A DNA stretch of 19,601 bases from a virus (lineage: Duplodnaviria; Heunggongvirae; Uroviricota; Caudoviricetes), in IMG/VR virus record IMGVR_UViG_2529293139_000005. One strand, 5' to 3'. The notes below the pieces were generated by a model. The model saw only the letters and a list, made by a program, of their open reading frames with translations, had not been told where the DNA came from and searched no databases. Within the stretch, counting starts at the first letter, position 1; every line of letters begins with the position of its first letter. Positions 7,540 through 15,768 of the stretch are shown here, piece after piece. A program made the translations under genes and the position numbers.

Positions 7540-8079
7540 ATGCAACCACTTACATACCAACAGACTAGCGGATTTAGCCCGACTGCGGTGATAAATCGTT
7601 CTCAAATAAAACAGGTGCCAGGCCACGAAAAAATCCGTGATGCCGTTCGCGCCTGGTCGGCTGCAGATAATCAGGATGTTGTTGCCGCACTCATTGTGAA
7701 TGAGTATCGGGAGCAGGGCGGCGGCACCATCGATTTCCCTGATGATGTCAGCCGTGCACGCCAGAAGCTGTTCCGCTTCCTCGATAACAAATTCGATTCT
7801 GAAAAATACCGAAATAACGTGCGTGAACTGACCCCGGCAATTCTGGCGGTACTACCGCTGGAATATCGCGGCCACCTGGTTGAGCAGGATAGCTTCATGG
7901 CTCGGCTGGCTGAAATGGAAAAGGAACTCTGTGAGGCAAAGCAGGCGGTCATTCTCAACGCACCACGCCACCAGAAACTGAAGGAGATGAGTGAAGGCAT
8001 TGTGTCGATGTTTCGAGTGGACCCGGATCTGGCTGGTCCATTGATGGCGATGGTCACCACCATGCTGGGGGCAATATGA
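7540..8079 (+). CDS. YdaT-like protein in the cII position (about 180 aa)
   Basis: Sits immediately after cro where lambda has cII; segments EYREQGGG and LTPAILAVLPLEYRGHL resemble the YdaT family as I recall it; start 7534 or 7540. Confidence 0.55.
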   Translation: MQPLTYQQTSGFSPTAVINRSQIKQVPGHEKIRDAVRAWSAADNQDVVAALIVNEYREQGGGTIDFPDDVSRARQKLFRFLDNKFDSEKYRNNVRELTPAILAVLPLEYRGHLVEQDSFMARLAEMEKELCEAKQAVILNAPRHQKLKEMSEGIVSMFRVDPDLAGPLMAMVTTMLGAI

Positions 8080-8085
8080 CAGGTT

Positions 8086-8178
8086 CAAAAATGGCGAAAG
8101 TCGGTCTGCGGGAACAGAACCGACTTTCAGGTGCAAATCGTAACACACTCATTGCGGGAGGAATTATGGCAAACACTG
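8086..8178 (-). ncRNA. Candidate OOP-like antisense RNA, defined by a minus-strand intrinsic terminator; promoter and 5' end not established
   Basis: Perfect 10-bp inverted repeat GAAAGTCGGT (8096..8105) / ACCGACTTTC (8119..8128) with 13-nt loop; on the minus strand it is followed by GCCATTTTTG; no minus-strand gene upstream to terminate. Confidence 0.35.
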
Positions 8179-9095
8179 CTGAGATATTCAATTTTCCAGT
8201 GCCGGATGCGGCACAAAAGGAGCCGCGCGTGGCAGATCTCGATGATGGTTATACGCGCATTGCAAATGAGTTGCTGGAAGCTGTGATGCTGGCCGGATTA
8301 ACACAGCACCAGCTTCTGGTCTTCCTGGCTGTCATGCGCAAAACATATGGCTTTAATAAAAAACTGGATTGGGTGAGCAACGAGCAACTGTCCGGATTGA
8401 CCGGGATATTACCGCACAAGTGTTCTGCTGCAAAAAGTGTTCTGGTAAAGCGTGGGATTTTGATTCAGAGCGGGCGGAATATCGGTATTAATAATGTGGT
8501 CAGTGAATGGTCAACATTACCCGAATCAGGTAAGAAAAATAAAGTTTACCTGAAAGAGGTAAATTTACCTGAATCAGGTAAGAAAAGTTTACCCAAATCA
8601 GGTAAAGGCGTTTACCCGAATCAGGTAAACACAAAAGACAAACTAACAAAAGACAATATAAAACCTTTTTCGTCCGAGAATTCTGGCGAATCCTCTGACC
8701 AACCAGAAAACGATCTTCCTGTGGTGAAACCAGATGCTGCAATTCAGAGCGGCAGCAAGTGGGGGACAGCAGAAGACCTGACCGCCGCAGAGTGGATGTT
8801 TGACATGGTGAAGACCATCGCACCATCAGCCAGAAAACCGAATTTTGCAGGGTGGGCTAACGATATCCGCCTGATGCGTGAACGTGACGGACGTAACCAC
8901 CGCGACATGTGCGTGCTTTTCCGCTGGGCATGCCAGGACAACTTCTGGTCCGGTAACGTGCTAAGTCCGGCCAAACTCCGCGACAAGTGGACCCAACTCG
9001 AAATCAACCGTAACAAGCAACAGGCAGGCATGATAGCCAGCAAACCAAAACTCGACCTGACAAACACTGACTGGATTTACGGGGTGGATTTATGA
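8166..9095 (+). CDS. O: Replication initiator O (309 aa from ATG 8166); non-lambda N-terminal domain, lambda-type C-terminal domain
   Basis: GGGAGG RBS 8156..8161; N-terminus MANTAEIFNFPVPD parallels lambda O MTNTAKILNF; C-terminal WANDIRLMRERDGRNHRDMCVLFRWACQDNFWSGNVLSPAKLRDKWTQLEINRNKQQAG matches lambda O from memory. Confidence 0.9.
   Translation: MANTAEIFNFPVPDAAQKEPRVADLDDGYTRIANELLEAVMLAGLTQHQLLVFLAVMRKTYGFNKKLDWVSNEQLSGLTGILPHKCSAAKSVLVKRGILIQSGRNIGINNVVSEWSTLPESGKKNKVYLKEVNLPESGKKSLPKSGKGVYPNQVNTKDKLTKDNIKPFSSENSGESSDQPENDLPVVKPDAAIQSGSKWGTAEDLTAAEWMFDMVKTIAPSARKPNFAGWANDIRLMRERDGRNHRDMCVLFRWACQDNFWSGNVLSPAKLRDKWTQLEINRNKQQAGMIASKPKLDLTNTDWIYGVDL
8517..8629. repeat. Replication origin iterons inside O: four 18-bp palindromic TTACC-N8-GGTAA repeats plus one degenerate copy, followed by an A+T-rich stretch
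   Basis: ttacccgaatcaggtaag 8517..8534; ttacctgaatcaggtaag 8565..8582; ttacccaaatcaggtaaa 8589..8606; ttacccgaatcaggtaaa 8612..8629; degenerate copy 8546..8563; A/T-rich 8630..8675. Confidence 0.85.
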
Positions 9096-9793
9096 AAAAC
9101 ATCGCCGCACAGATGGTTAACTTTGACCGTGAGCAGATGCGTCGGATCGCCAACAACATGCCGGAACAGTACGACGAAAAGCCGCAGGTACAGCAGGTAG
9201 CGCAGATCATCAACGGTGTGTTCAGCCAGTTACTGGCAACTTTCCCGGCGAGCCTGGCTAACCGTGACCAGAATGAACTGAACGAAATCCGCCGCCAGTG
9301 GGTGCTGGCTTTCCGGGAAAACGGGATCACCACAATGGAACAGGTTAACGCTGGAATGCGCGTAGCCCGTCGGCAGAATCGACCATTCCTGCCATCACCC
9401 GGGCAGTTTGTCGCCTGGTGCCGGGAAGAAGCATCCGTTACCGCCGGGCTGCCAAACGCCAGCGAGCTGGTTGATATGGTTTACGAGTATTGCCGGAAGC
9501 GCGGGCTGTATCCGGATGCAGAGTCTTATCCGTGGAAATCAAACGCGCACTACTGGCTGGTTACCAACCTGTATCAGAACATGCGGGCCAATGCGTTGAC
9601 TGACGCGGAATTACGGCGCAAGGCTGCCGATGAACTGTCCTGTATGACCGCACGAATTAACCGTGGTGAGGCTATACCTGAACCAGTAAAACAACTTCCT
9701 GTCATGGGCGGTAGACCTCTAAATCGTGCACAGGCTCTGGCGAAGATCGCAGAAATCAAAGCTAAGTTTGGGCTGAAAGGAGCAAGGGTATGA
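9092..9793 (+). CDS. P: Replication protein P (helicase loader), lambda-type, 233 aa
   Basis: MKNIAAQMVNFDREQMRRIANNMPEQYDEKPQVQQVAQIINGVFSQLLATF... matches lambda P from memory; ATGA overlap with O. Confidence 0.95.
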   Translation: MKNIAAQMVNFDREQMRRIANNMPEQYDEKPQVQQVAQIINGVFSQLLATFPASLANRDQNELNEIRRQWVLAFRENGITTMEQVNAGMRVARRQNRPFLPSPGQFVAWCREEASVTAGLPNASELVDMVYEYCRKRGLYPDAESYPWKSNAHYWLVTNLYQNMRANALTDAELRRKAADELSCMTARINRGEAIPEPVKQLPVMGGRPLNRAQALAKIAEIKAKFGLKGARV

Positions 9794-10092
9794 CGGGCAA
9801 AGAGGCAATTATTCATTACCTGGGGACTCATAAGAAATTCTGTGCGCAGGACGTTGCCGCGGTAACAGGCGCAACGGTAACCAGCATAAATCAGGCTGCG
9901 GCTAAAATGGCACGGGCAGGTCTTCTGGTTATCGAAGGTAAGGTCTGGCGAACGGTGTATTACCGGTTTGCTACCAGAGAAGAACGGGAAGGAAAGGTGA
10001 GCACGAATCTGATTTTTAAGGAGTGTCGCCAGAGTGCCGCGATGAAACGGGTATTGAGGGTATATAAAAGAACATCAATGGGTACACAATGA
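9790..10092 (+). CDS. ren: Ren (100 aa)
   Basis: MTGKEAIIHYLGTHKKFCAQDVAAVTGATVTSINQAAAKMARAGLLVIEGKVWRTVYYRFATREEREGK matches lambda Ren from memory; ATGA overlap with P. Confidence 0.9.
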   Translation: MTGKEAIIHYLGTHKKFCAQDVAAVTGATVTSINQAAAKMARAGLLVIEGKVWRTVYYRFATREEREGKVSTNLIFKECRQSAAMKRVLRVYKRTSMGTQ

Positions 10093-10159
10093 TGAAACAG
10101 GTGAGTTGAGTTCAAACTGTAGTACAATTCTCTCCAGTTTGAACAGGAAAGAATATTCT

Positions 10160-10492
10160 ATGAACCCTTATATTTATCTTGGTGGTGCAATACTTGCAGA
10201 GGTCATTGGTACAACCTTAATGAAGTTTTCAGAAGGTTTTACACGGTTATGGCCATCTGTTGGTACAATTATTTGTTATTGTGCATCATTCTGGTTATTA
10301 GCTCAGACGCTGGCTTATATTCCTACAGGGATTGCTTATGCTATCTGGTCAGGAGTCGGTATTGTCCTGATTAGCTTACTGTCATGGGGACTTTTCGGCC
10401 AACGGCTGGACCTGCCAGCCATTATAGGCATGATGTTGATTTGTGCCGGTGTGTTGGTTATTAATTTATTGTCACGAAGCACACCACATTAA
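10160..10492 (+). CDS. emrE: Small multidrug resistance efflux transporter EmrE (110 aa)
   Basis: MNPYIYLGGAILAEVIGTTLMKFSEGFTRLWPSVGTIICYCASFWLLAQTLAYIPTGIAYAIWSGVGIVLISLLSWG... matches E. coli EmrE from memory; AGGAAAG RBS. Confidence 0.95.
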   Translation: MNPYIYLGGAILAEVIGTTLMKFSEGFTRLWPSVGTIICYCASFWLLAQTLAYIPTGIAYAIWSGVGIVLISLLSWGLFGQRLDLPAIIGMMLICAGVLVINLLSRSTPH

Positions 10493-10523
10493 AAATAATT
10501 TGTTTCTAAACGACTAAAATATG

Positions 10524-10565
10524 GAGGCTCTTATATTTATATGAGCCTCGTTTTATGCTTTTTGT
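10524..10565 (+). terminator. Rho-independent terminator after emrE
   Basis: GAGGCTC (10524..10530), 12-nt loop, GAGCCTC (10543..10549), then GTTTTATGCTTTTT. Confidence 0.6.
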
Positions 10566-10748
10566 TAATGTCTTTATTTTTTTATGTATTCTTTTGTGCT
10601 TTCAAGATTATGGCGTAAGAAAATTGCAATACGATTATTGTTGTATATTCAAGATAATGTGACCTTAATTGTCTTTTTAAATAAAAATTAAACAAAAATT
10701 ATATCCCACCACTAAGGTTTATAAAAGCATACGTTAGCAGGTGTCACC

Positions 10749-12275
10749 ATGAAAAAAGCCATAGCATATATGCGATTTTCATCACCAGGTCAGATGTCTG
10801 GCGACTCATTAAACCGACAGAGAAGACTTATTGCTGAATGGTTAAAGGTAAATAGTGATTATTATCTTGATACCATAACATATGAAGATTTAGGATTAAG
10901 TGCATTCAAAGGAAAGCATGCACAATCAGGAGCTTTTTCGGAATTTTTAGATGCTATAGAGCATGGTTATATATTGCCAGGAACTACATTGTTAGTTGAA
11001 AGTCTGGACAGACTTTCAAGAGAAAAAGTCGGTGAAGCGATTGAACGTCTGAAATTGATTTTGAATCACGGTATTGATGTTATAACTCTTTGCGACAATA
11101 CAGTCTATAATATTGACTCTTTGAATGAGCCATATTCATTAATAAAAGCCATACTTATAGCACAAAGGGCAAATGAAGAAAGCGAGATAAAGTCAAGTCG
11201 GGTTAAATTATCATGGAAGAAAAAACGGCAGGATGCACTGGAATCAGGTACGATTATGACGGCGTCTTGTCCGAGATGGCTCTCCTTAGATGACAAAAGA
11301 ACGGCTTTTGTTCCAGACCCCGACAGGGTGAAAACTATTGAGCTAATTTTTAAACTCAGGATGGAAAGGCGCTCATTGAATGCAATAGCCAAGTATTTAA
11401 ATGATCATGCTGTAAAGAATTTCTCAGGAAAAGAAAGTGCATGGGGACCTTCTGTAATTGAAAAATTATTAGCGAATAAAGCTCTGATAGGTATATGCGT
11501 ACCTTCATATCGTGCAAGAGGTAAAGGAATAAGTGAAATCGCTGGCTATTATCCCAGAGTCATATCAGATGATTTGTTTTACGCTGTACAGGAAATTCGG
11601 TTGGCACCTTTTGGTATTAGCAATAGTAGCAAAAATCCTATGTTGATAAATCTACTTCGAACAGTTATGAAGTGCGAGGCTTGTGGTAATACCATGATTG
11701 TTCATGCGGTATCTGGAAGTTTGCATGGCTATTATGTTTGTCCGATGAGAAGACTGCATCGATGTGACAGGCCATCAATAAAGAGAGATTTGGTTGATTA
11801 TAATATCATTAATGAGTTGCTTTTTAATTGTAGTAAAATCCAACCAGTTGAAAACAAGAAAGATGCTAATGAAACTTTAGAGTTGAAAATTATTGAGCTC
11901 CAGATGAAAATTAATAATTTAATTGCTGCATTATCTGTTGCGCCTGAAGTTACCGCTATAGCAGAAAAAATCAGAGTATTAGATAAGGAATTACGAAGGG
12001 CTTCTGTATCATTAAAAACTTTGAAGAGTAAAGCGGTGAGTTCACTTGGTGATTTTCATGCTATTGACTTAACCAGTAAAAATGGGCGAGAGCTATGTCG
12101 TACACTTGCCTATAAAACATTCGAAAAAATCATAATCAATACAGATAATAAAACCTGTGATATCTATTTTATGAATGGCATTGTTTTTAAACACTATCCT
12201 TTAATGAAAACAATATCCGCCCAGCAGGCGATAAGTACTCTCAAATATATGGTTGATGGTGAGGTTTATTTTTGA
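10749..12275 (+). CDS. ybcK: Large serine recombinase (508 aa), YbcK-like
   Basis: N-terminal resolvase-type catalytic region AIAYMRFSSPGQ (Ser), large central domain, Cys cluster CEACGN...CPMRRLHRC (zinc ribbon), coiled-coil C-terminus; AT-rich gene downstream of emrE as in DLP12. Confidence 0.85.
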   Translation: MKKAIAYMRFSSPGQMSGDSLNRQRRLIAEWLKVNSDYYLDTITYEDLGLSAFKGKHAQSGAFSEFLDAIEHGYILPGTTLLVESLDRLSREKVGEAIERLKLILNHGIDVITLCDNTVYNIDSLNEPYSLIKAILIAQRANEESEIKSSRVKLSWKKKRQDALESGTIMTASCPRWLSLDDKRTAFVPDPDRVKTIELIFKLRMERRSLNAIAKYLNDHAVKNFSGKESAWGPSVIEKLLANKALIGICVPSYRARGKGISEIAGYYPRVISDDLFYAVQEIRLAPFGISNSSKNPMLINLLRTVMKCEACGNTMIVHAVSGSLHGYYVCPMRRLHRCDRPSIKRDLVDYNIINELLFNCSKIQPVENKKDANETLELKIIELQMKINNLIAALSVAPEVTAIAEKIRVLDKELRRASVSLKTLKSKAVSSLGDFHAIDLTSKNGRELCRTLAYKTFEKIIINTDNKTCDIYFMNGIVFKHYPLMKTISAQQAISTLKYMVDGEVYF

Positions 12276-12386
12276 GTAATAATCACTTTTTCAACCGTGC
12301 TATAGTAAGAAAGTTAGGTAAGTACAATAAAATTATCTATCCTGAACGAAGCGTCCTGAGCTATGGTTTTACTATAGAGACTGCCA

Positions 12387-12710
12387 ATGGATGCTGGCGT
12401 TCTCGTTCTAGCAGTTCAACAATACCCAATCACAAAACAATTCACTGATAACGAACTTTGCACACTCGCCTGGTTATGGCGAGCAGGGAATGTGATGTTA
12501 ATTACCTACCAGAACGTTACTCCTCTTCTTCAGGTTGCGGAGCATCGTGAAGCTGGTCGCTTCACTTCTATCGAGCAAGAATACCCCCAGATACTCAATA
12601 AGGCACAGGCAATCCTTGCCAGAGAAACGGCACATGTAAAATTCCGGCCGTGGCAGGATGATAAGTGGAGTCGAGTTTTGCCGCATTTACGTTCGGATCG
12701 ATTACAGTAG
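12387..12710 (+). CDS. Hypothetical protein (107 aa)
   Basis: ORF 12387..12710(+); weak RBS; no family recognised. Confidence 0.3.
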   Translation: MDAGVLVLAVQQYPITKQFTDNELCTLAWLWRAGNVMLITYQNVTPLLQVAEHREAGRFTSIEQEYPQILNKAQAILARETAHVKFRPWQDDKWSRVLPHLRSDRLQ

Positions 12711-13171
12711 ATTCCAATTAACAATGAGAAACACATAGCCACCCCGTGGTATTGAAACCATATAATGTTGGATTTGAAAACAGATCTTTTTCCATGTATT
12801 AATAACTACATCCCCGCGAGTGATTCAAAAAGGAGGGCCCAATTTTGTCCGAGTTTTTGTATTCCCCCGCATGCCGCTGCGGAGCACTACATCTGAGTGT
12901 CTGACTAGGGGATAAAATTAGACTGGATAGTGAGAAGAAAGTGGCGTGCTAGGCTGTGCCGAGTGCTACCAGTACACCTTGGGGGTGTGCAGCTTTCGCC
13001 GAGACTGTAGTGGGTATCGGTTAATGCACGAAAAACCGAGAGGTCAGACAACCAATTTGCCGTAGGATTGTTTCCGGTGCGATACCGGTGTACTAACTGA
13101 AAGCAATGCGAAAAAGCATAAACTCGGTCCTTCAGTCGCCCTACACACTATTTACTAAGAAGGGCTAAAGC

Positions 13172-13528
13172 ATGGATACAATTATCACATGGATGGGAGA
13201 TCGTCTGTTGGGGTGGATAACAAACAAATCCGATCTGCGGCAGAGGGCAATCACTGGATTAACTCCTGCGATTTATTCAACAATTTTATATACTGAAAAA
13301 TTAAAACGTGGTGAGCCTAATAACCCAAACGAAGAAGAAAAACTTTATAGGCTTTGGTATGAAGCGTCTTCCCAAGTCGTAGACTTTGATCGAGAGCTGG
13401 CTAAAAGATGTTTAGATAAATCAGAATATTGGCTTCATTCTGAATTATATAGCCCTGAGAAAGTTGGAGAGCTAAACATTTCTTTGGTTGGTATGAAGGC
13501 AACGCTTGAAGGAATAAAGCACAATTAA
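13172..13528 (+). CDS. Hypothetical protein (118 aa)
   Basis: ORF 13172..13528(+) with GAAGGG upstream of ATG; no family recognised. Confidence 0.45.
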   Translation: MDTIITWMGDRLLGWITNKSDLRQRAITGLTPAIYSTILYTEKLKRGEPNNPNEEEKLYRLWYEASSQVVDFDRELAKRCLDKSEYWLHSELYSPEKVGELNISLVGMKATLEGIKHN

Positions 13529-13715
13529 AACCTTTGATTTGCGATAATCAACTCGCCATAATCATGTCATCGGAGCCTGAACAACTCCGGTGACTTCTGC
13601 GCTAAACGGGGACGTTTATGCGCACACACAATCCAAACTCTCTTCTCCCTCCACAGATGCAGAAATGCACCTGCGATATATTGTATCCAGCGTTTGACCT
13701 CTGCGGAGGTGAAGC

Positions 13716-14171
13716 GTGAATCTCCCACAAGATGGCATCAAATTACATCGCGGTAACTTCACCGCTATCGGTCGGCAGATCCAGCCTTATCTGGAGGAGG
13801 GCAAATGCTTTCGCATGGTGCTTAAACCGTGGCGTGAGAAACGCAGTCTTTCCCAGAATGCACTCAGCCACATGTGGTACAGCGAAATCAGTGAATACCT
13901 CATCAGCAGGGGTAAAACGTTCGCTACTCCAGCTTGGGTAAAAGATGCTCTCAAACACACATATCTCGGTTATGAAACCAAAGACCTGGTTGATGTCGTA
14001 ACCGGTGATATCACCACTATCCAGTCGTTACGCCATACCTCCGATCTTGATACCGGAGAGATGTATGTCTTCCTGTGTAAGGTTGAAGCCTGGGCGGTGA
14101 ATATTGGCTGCCACCTGACTATTCCGCAGAGCTGCGAGTTCCAGCAGCTCCGTGACAAGCAGGAGGCGTAA
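13716..14171 (+). CDS. ybcN: YbcN-like nin-region protein (151 aa), GTG start
   Basis: GGAGG RBS 13705..13709 before GTG 13716; [57 protein letters not shown]... matches my recollection of DLP12 YbcN. Confidence 0.75.
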   Translation: MNLPQDGIKLHRGNFTAIGRQIQPYLEEGKCFRMVLKPWREKRSLSQNALSHMWYSEISEYLISRGKTFATPAWVKDALKHTYLGYETKDLVDVVTGDITTIQSLRHTSDLDTGEMYVFLCKVEAWAVNIGCHLTIPQSCEFQQLRDKQEA

Positions 14172-14341
14172 TGGCTACACCGCTTATTCGTGTCATGAAC
14201 GGACACATCTACAGAGTACCAAATCGTCGTAAGCGTAAACCGGAGCTGAAACCTTCCGAAATACCAACACTGCTCGGATATACCGCCAGCCTGGTTGATA
14301 AAAAATGGTTGCGACTGGCAGCAAGGAGGAATCATGGCTGA
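14171..14341 (+). CDS. ninE: NinE-like small protein (56 aa); absent from the supplied ORF track
   Basis: Hand translation [56 protein letters not shown]; AGGAGG RBS 14161..14166; TAATG overlap with ybcN; overlaps ybcO start. Confidence 0.7.
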   Translation: MATPLIRVMNGHIYRVPNRRKRKPELKPSEIPTLLGYTASLVDKKWLRLAARRNHG

Positions 14342-14624
14342 TTTGAGAAAAGCAGCGCGTAGTCGGGAATGCCAGGTAAGAATCCCTGGCGTATGTAATG
14401 GTAACCCTGAAACGTCTGTACTGGCACATATCCGGCTGACTGGATTGTGCGGCACCGGTACCAAACCGCCAGACCTGATTGCCACCATTGCATGTTCTGC
14501 CTGCCACGACGAAATCGACCGCCGCACACATTTTGTCGATGCTGCATATGCAAAAGAATGCGCGCTGGAAGGTATGGCGAGAACACAGGTTATCTGGCTG
14601 AAAGAGGGGGTTATTAAGGCGTGA
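14334..14624 (+). CDS. ybcO: YbcO-like nin-region protein (96 aa), Cys/His-rich
   Basis: [67 protein letters not shown]; AAGGAGG RBS 14323..14329. Confidence 0.85.
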   Translation: MADLRKAARSRECQVRIPGVCNGNPETSVLAHIRLTGLCGTGTKPPDLIATIACSACHDEIDRRTHFVDAAYAKECALEGMARTQVIWLKEGVIKA

Positions 14625-14983
14625 ATACCTACAGCATCACATTACCCTGGCCTCCGAGCAATAATCGCTATTACCGCCATAATCGCGGGCGCACGCACGT
14701 CAGCGCAGAGGGGCAGGCATACCGCGATAACGTCGCCCGAATCATTAAAAACGCAATGCTGGATATCGGCTTGGCTATGCCTGTGAAAATCCGCATTGAG
14801 TGCCACATGCCGGATCGCCGTCGCCGTGACCTGGATAATCTGCAAAAAGCCGCTTTTGACGCACTCACTAAAGCAGGTTTCTGGCTGGATGATGCTCAGG
14901 TCGTTGATTACCGCGTTGTGAAGATGCCTGTTACCAAAGGTGGGAGGCTGGAACTGACCATCACCGAAATGGGGAATGAATGA
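14621..14983 (+). CDS. rusA: Holliday-junction resolvase RusA (120 aa)
   Basis: [100 protein letters not shown] matches E. coli RusA from memory. Confidence 0.95.
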   Translation: MNTYSITLPWPPSNNRYYRHNRGRTHVSAEGQAYRDNVARIIKNAMLDIGLAMPVKIRIECHMPDRRRRDLDNLQKAAFDALTKAGFWLDDAQVVDYRVVKMPVTKGGRLELTITEMGNE

Positions 14984-15120
14984 TGTTTGAGTTTTATATG
15001 GCAGAACGTCTTCGCCACCGCTGGGGGCGTCTGCGCTTATATCGTTTCCCCGGTTCTGTTTTGACCGATTACCGAATACTGAAGAATTACGCCAAAACCC
15101 TGACAGGAGCAGGAGTATGA
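14980..15120 (+). CDS. ylcG: YlcG-like small protein (46 aa); absent from the supplied ORF track
   Basis: Hand translation [46 protein letters not shown]; ATG overlaps the rusA TGA. Confidence 0.6.
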   Translation: MMFEFYMAERLRHRWGRLRLYRFPGSVLTDYRILKNYAKTLTGAGV

Positions 15121-15205
15121 AGTCAGAGATAACAATCAACTAATACTGTTTCGTTGATTTTTGCTTGTAATTGGCGTTCTGGTCTGATTTTTGTGGAGTA
15201 AGTTG

Positions 15206-15505
15206 ATGCGTGATATTCAGATGGTTCTTGAGCGTTGGGGAGCGTGGGCGGCTAATAATCATGAAGATGTGACCTGGTCGTCCATTGCCGCCGGTTTTAA
15301 GGGATTAATTACTTCAAAAGTAAAATCTCGCCCGCAATGTTGTGACGATGACGCGATGATCATTTGCGGGTGCATGGCCCGTCTGAAAAAGAACAACAGC
15401 GATTTGCACGATTTATTAGTAGATTATTATGTAGTCGGTATGACATTCATGTCACTGGCAGGTAAGCATTGCTGCTCTGATGGTTATATCGGGAAAAGGT
15501 TATAG
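15206..15505 (+). CDS. quuD: Late antiterminator Q (QuuD/phage-82 type), closed after 99 codons by in-frame TAG; frame stays open to TAA 15587..15589
   Basis: GGAG RBS 15195..15198; [99 protein letters not shown] then TAG 15503..15505, followed in frame by KAEGIIEGMLMALDIRLEMDIVVNNSN. Confidence 0.8.
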   Translation: MRDIQMVLERWGAWAANNHEDVTWSSIAAGFKGLITSKVKSRPQCCDDDAMIICGCMARLKKNNSDLHDLLVDYYVVGMTFMSLAGKHCCSDGYIGKRL

Positions 15506-15589
15506 AAGGCTGAGGGCATAATTGAAGGGATGTTAATGGCATTAGATATCCGGTTAGAGATGGATATCGTTGTTAATAACTCTAATTAA

Positions 15590-15760
15590 TATGCCAATTG
15601 TTTATTAAAAATGGGGCGTTGAGACGCCCCCAAAAATAAAGGGTAATATATAACAGAAGGTTTATATAGTTAGAAGCAAGGTTGTGCTTCTAAAGGAAGT
15701 GGCTTGAGGGAGCCACTTATATGTTGGGGAGGCAACGCCTCCCGCAACATATCTTTTTCG
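15590..15760 (+). promoter_or_regulatory. Putative late promoter / Q-utilisation region with hairpins and a terminator-like element (hairpin 15721..15750 followed by T-run)
   Basis: Directly after Q as in lambdoid phages; hairpins GGGGCG-ttgaga-CGCCCC and ATGTTGGGGAGGC-aac-GCCTCCCGCAACAT followed by ATCTTTTT; promoter hexamers not assigned. Confidence 0.4.
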
Positions 15761-15768
15761 TAATCAGA

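Noticed and set aside
7671-8148. Minus-strand ORFs 7671..8063 and 7852..8148
   Set aside because: Antisense to the cII-position gene and the O start region; Ser/Arg-rich translations typical of shadow frames.
8517-8629. Regularly spaced 18-bp repeats as a possible CRISPR array
   Set aside because: The repeats are palindromic TTACC-N8-GGTAA iterons inside the O coding sequence with no unique spacers; this is a lambdoid replication origin.
8500-9333. Minus-strand ORFs 8500..8826, 8744..9067 and 9004..9333
   Set aside because: Antisense shadows of O and P, whose translations match lambda replication proteins.
12743-13171. Possibility that the ORF-free stretch is a tRNA, tmRNA, RNase P RNA or retron msr/msd
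   Set aside because: No tRNA-like T-arm consensus seen, no resemblance to E. coli tmRNA or RNase P RNA as I recall them, and no reverse transcriptase gene adjacent; kept only as an unexplained region in the findings.
13970-14531. Minus-strand ORFs 13970..14527 and 14193..14531
   Set aside because: Antisense to the ybcN-ninE-ybcO run, which has RBSs and coupled starts on the plus strand.
14642-15139. 165-aa minus-strand ORF
   Set aside because: Antisense to rusA and ylcG.
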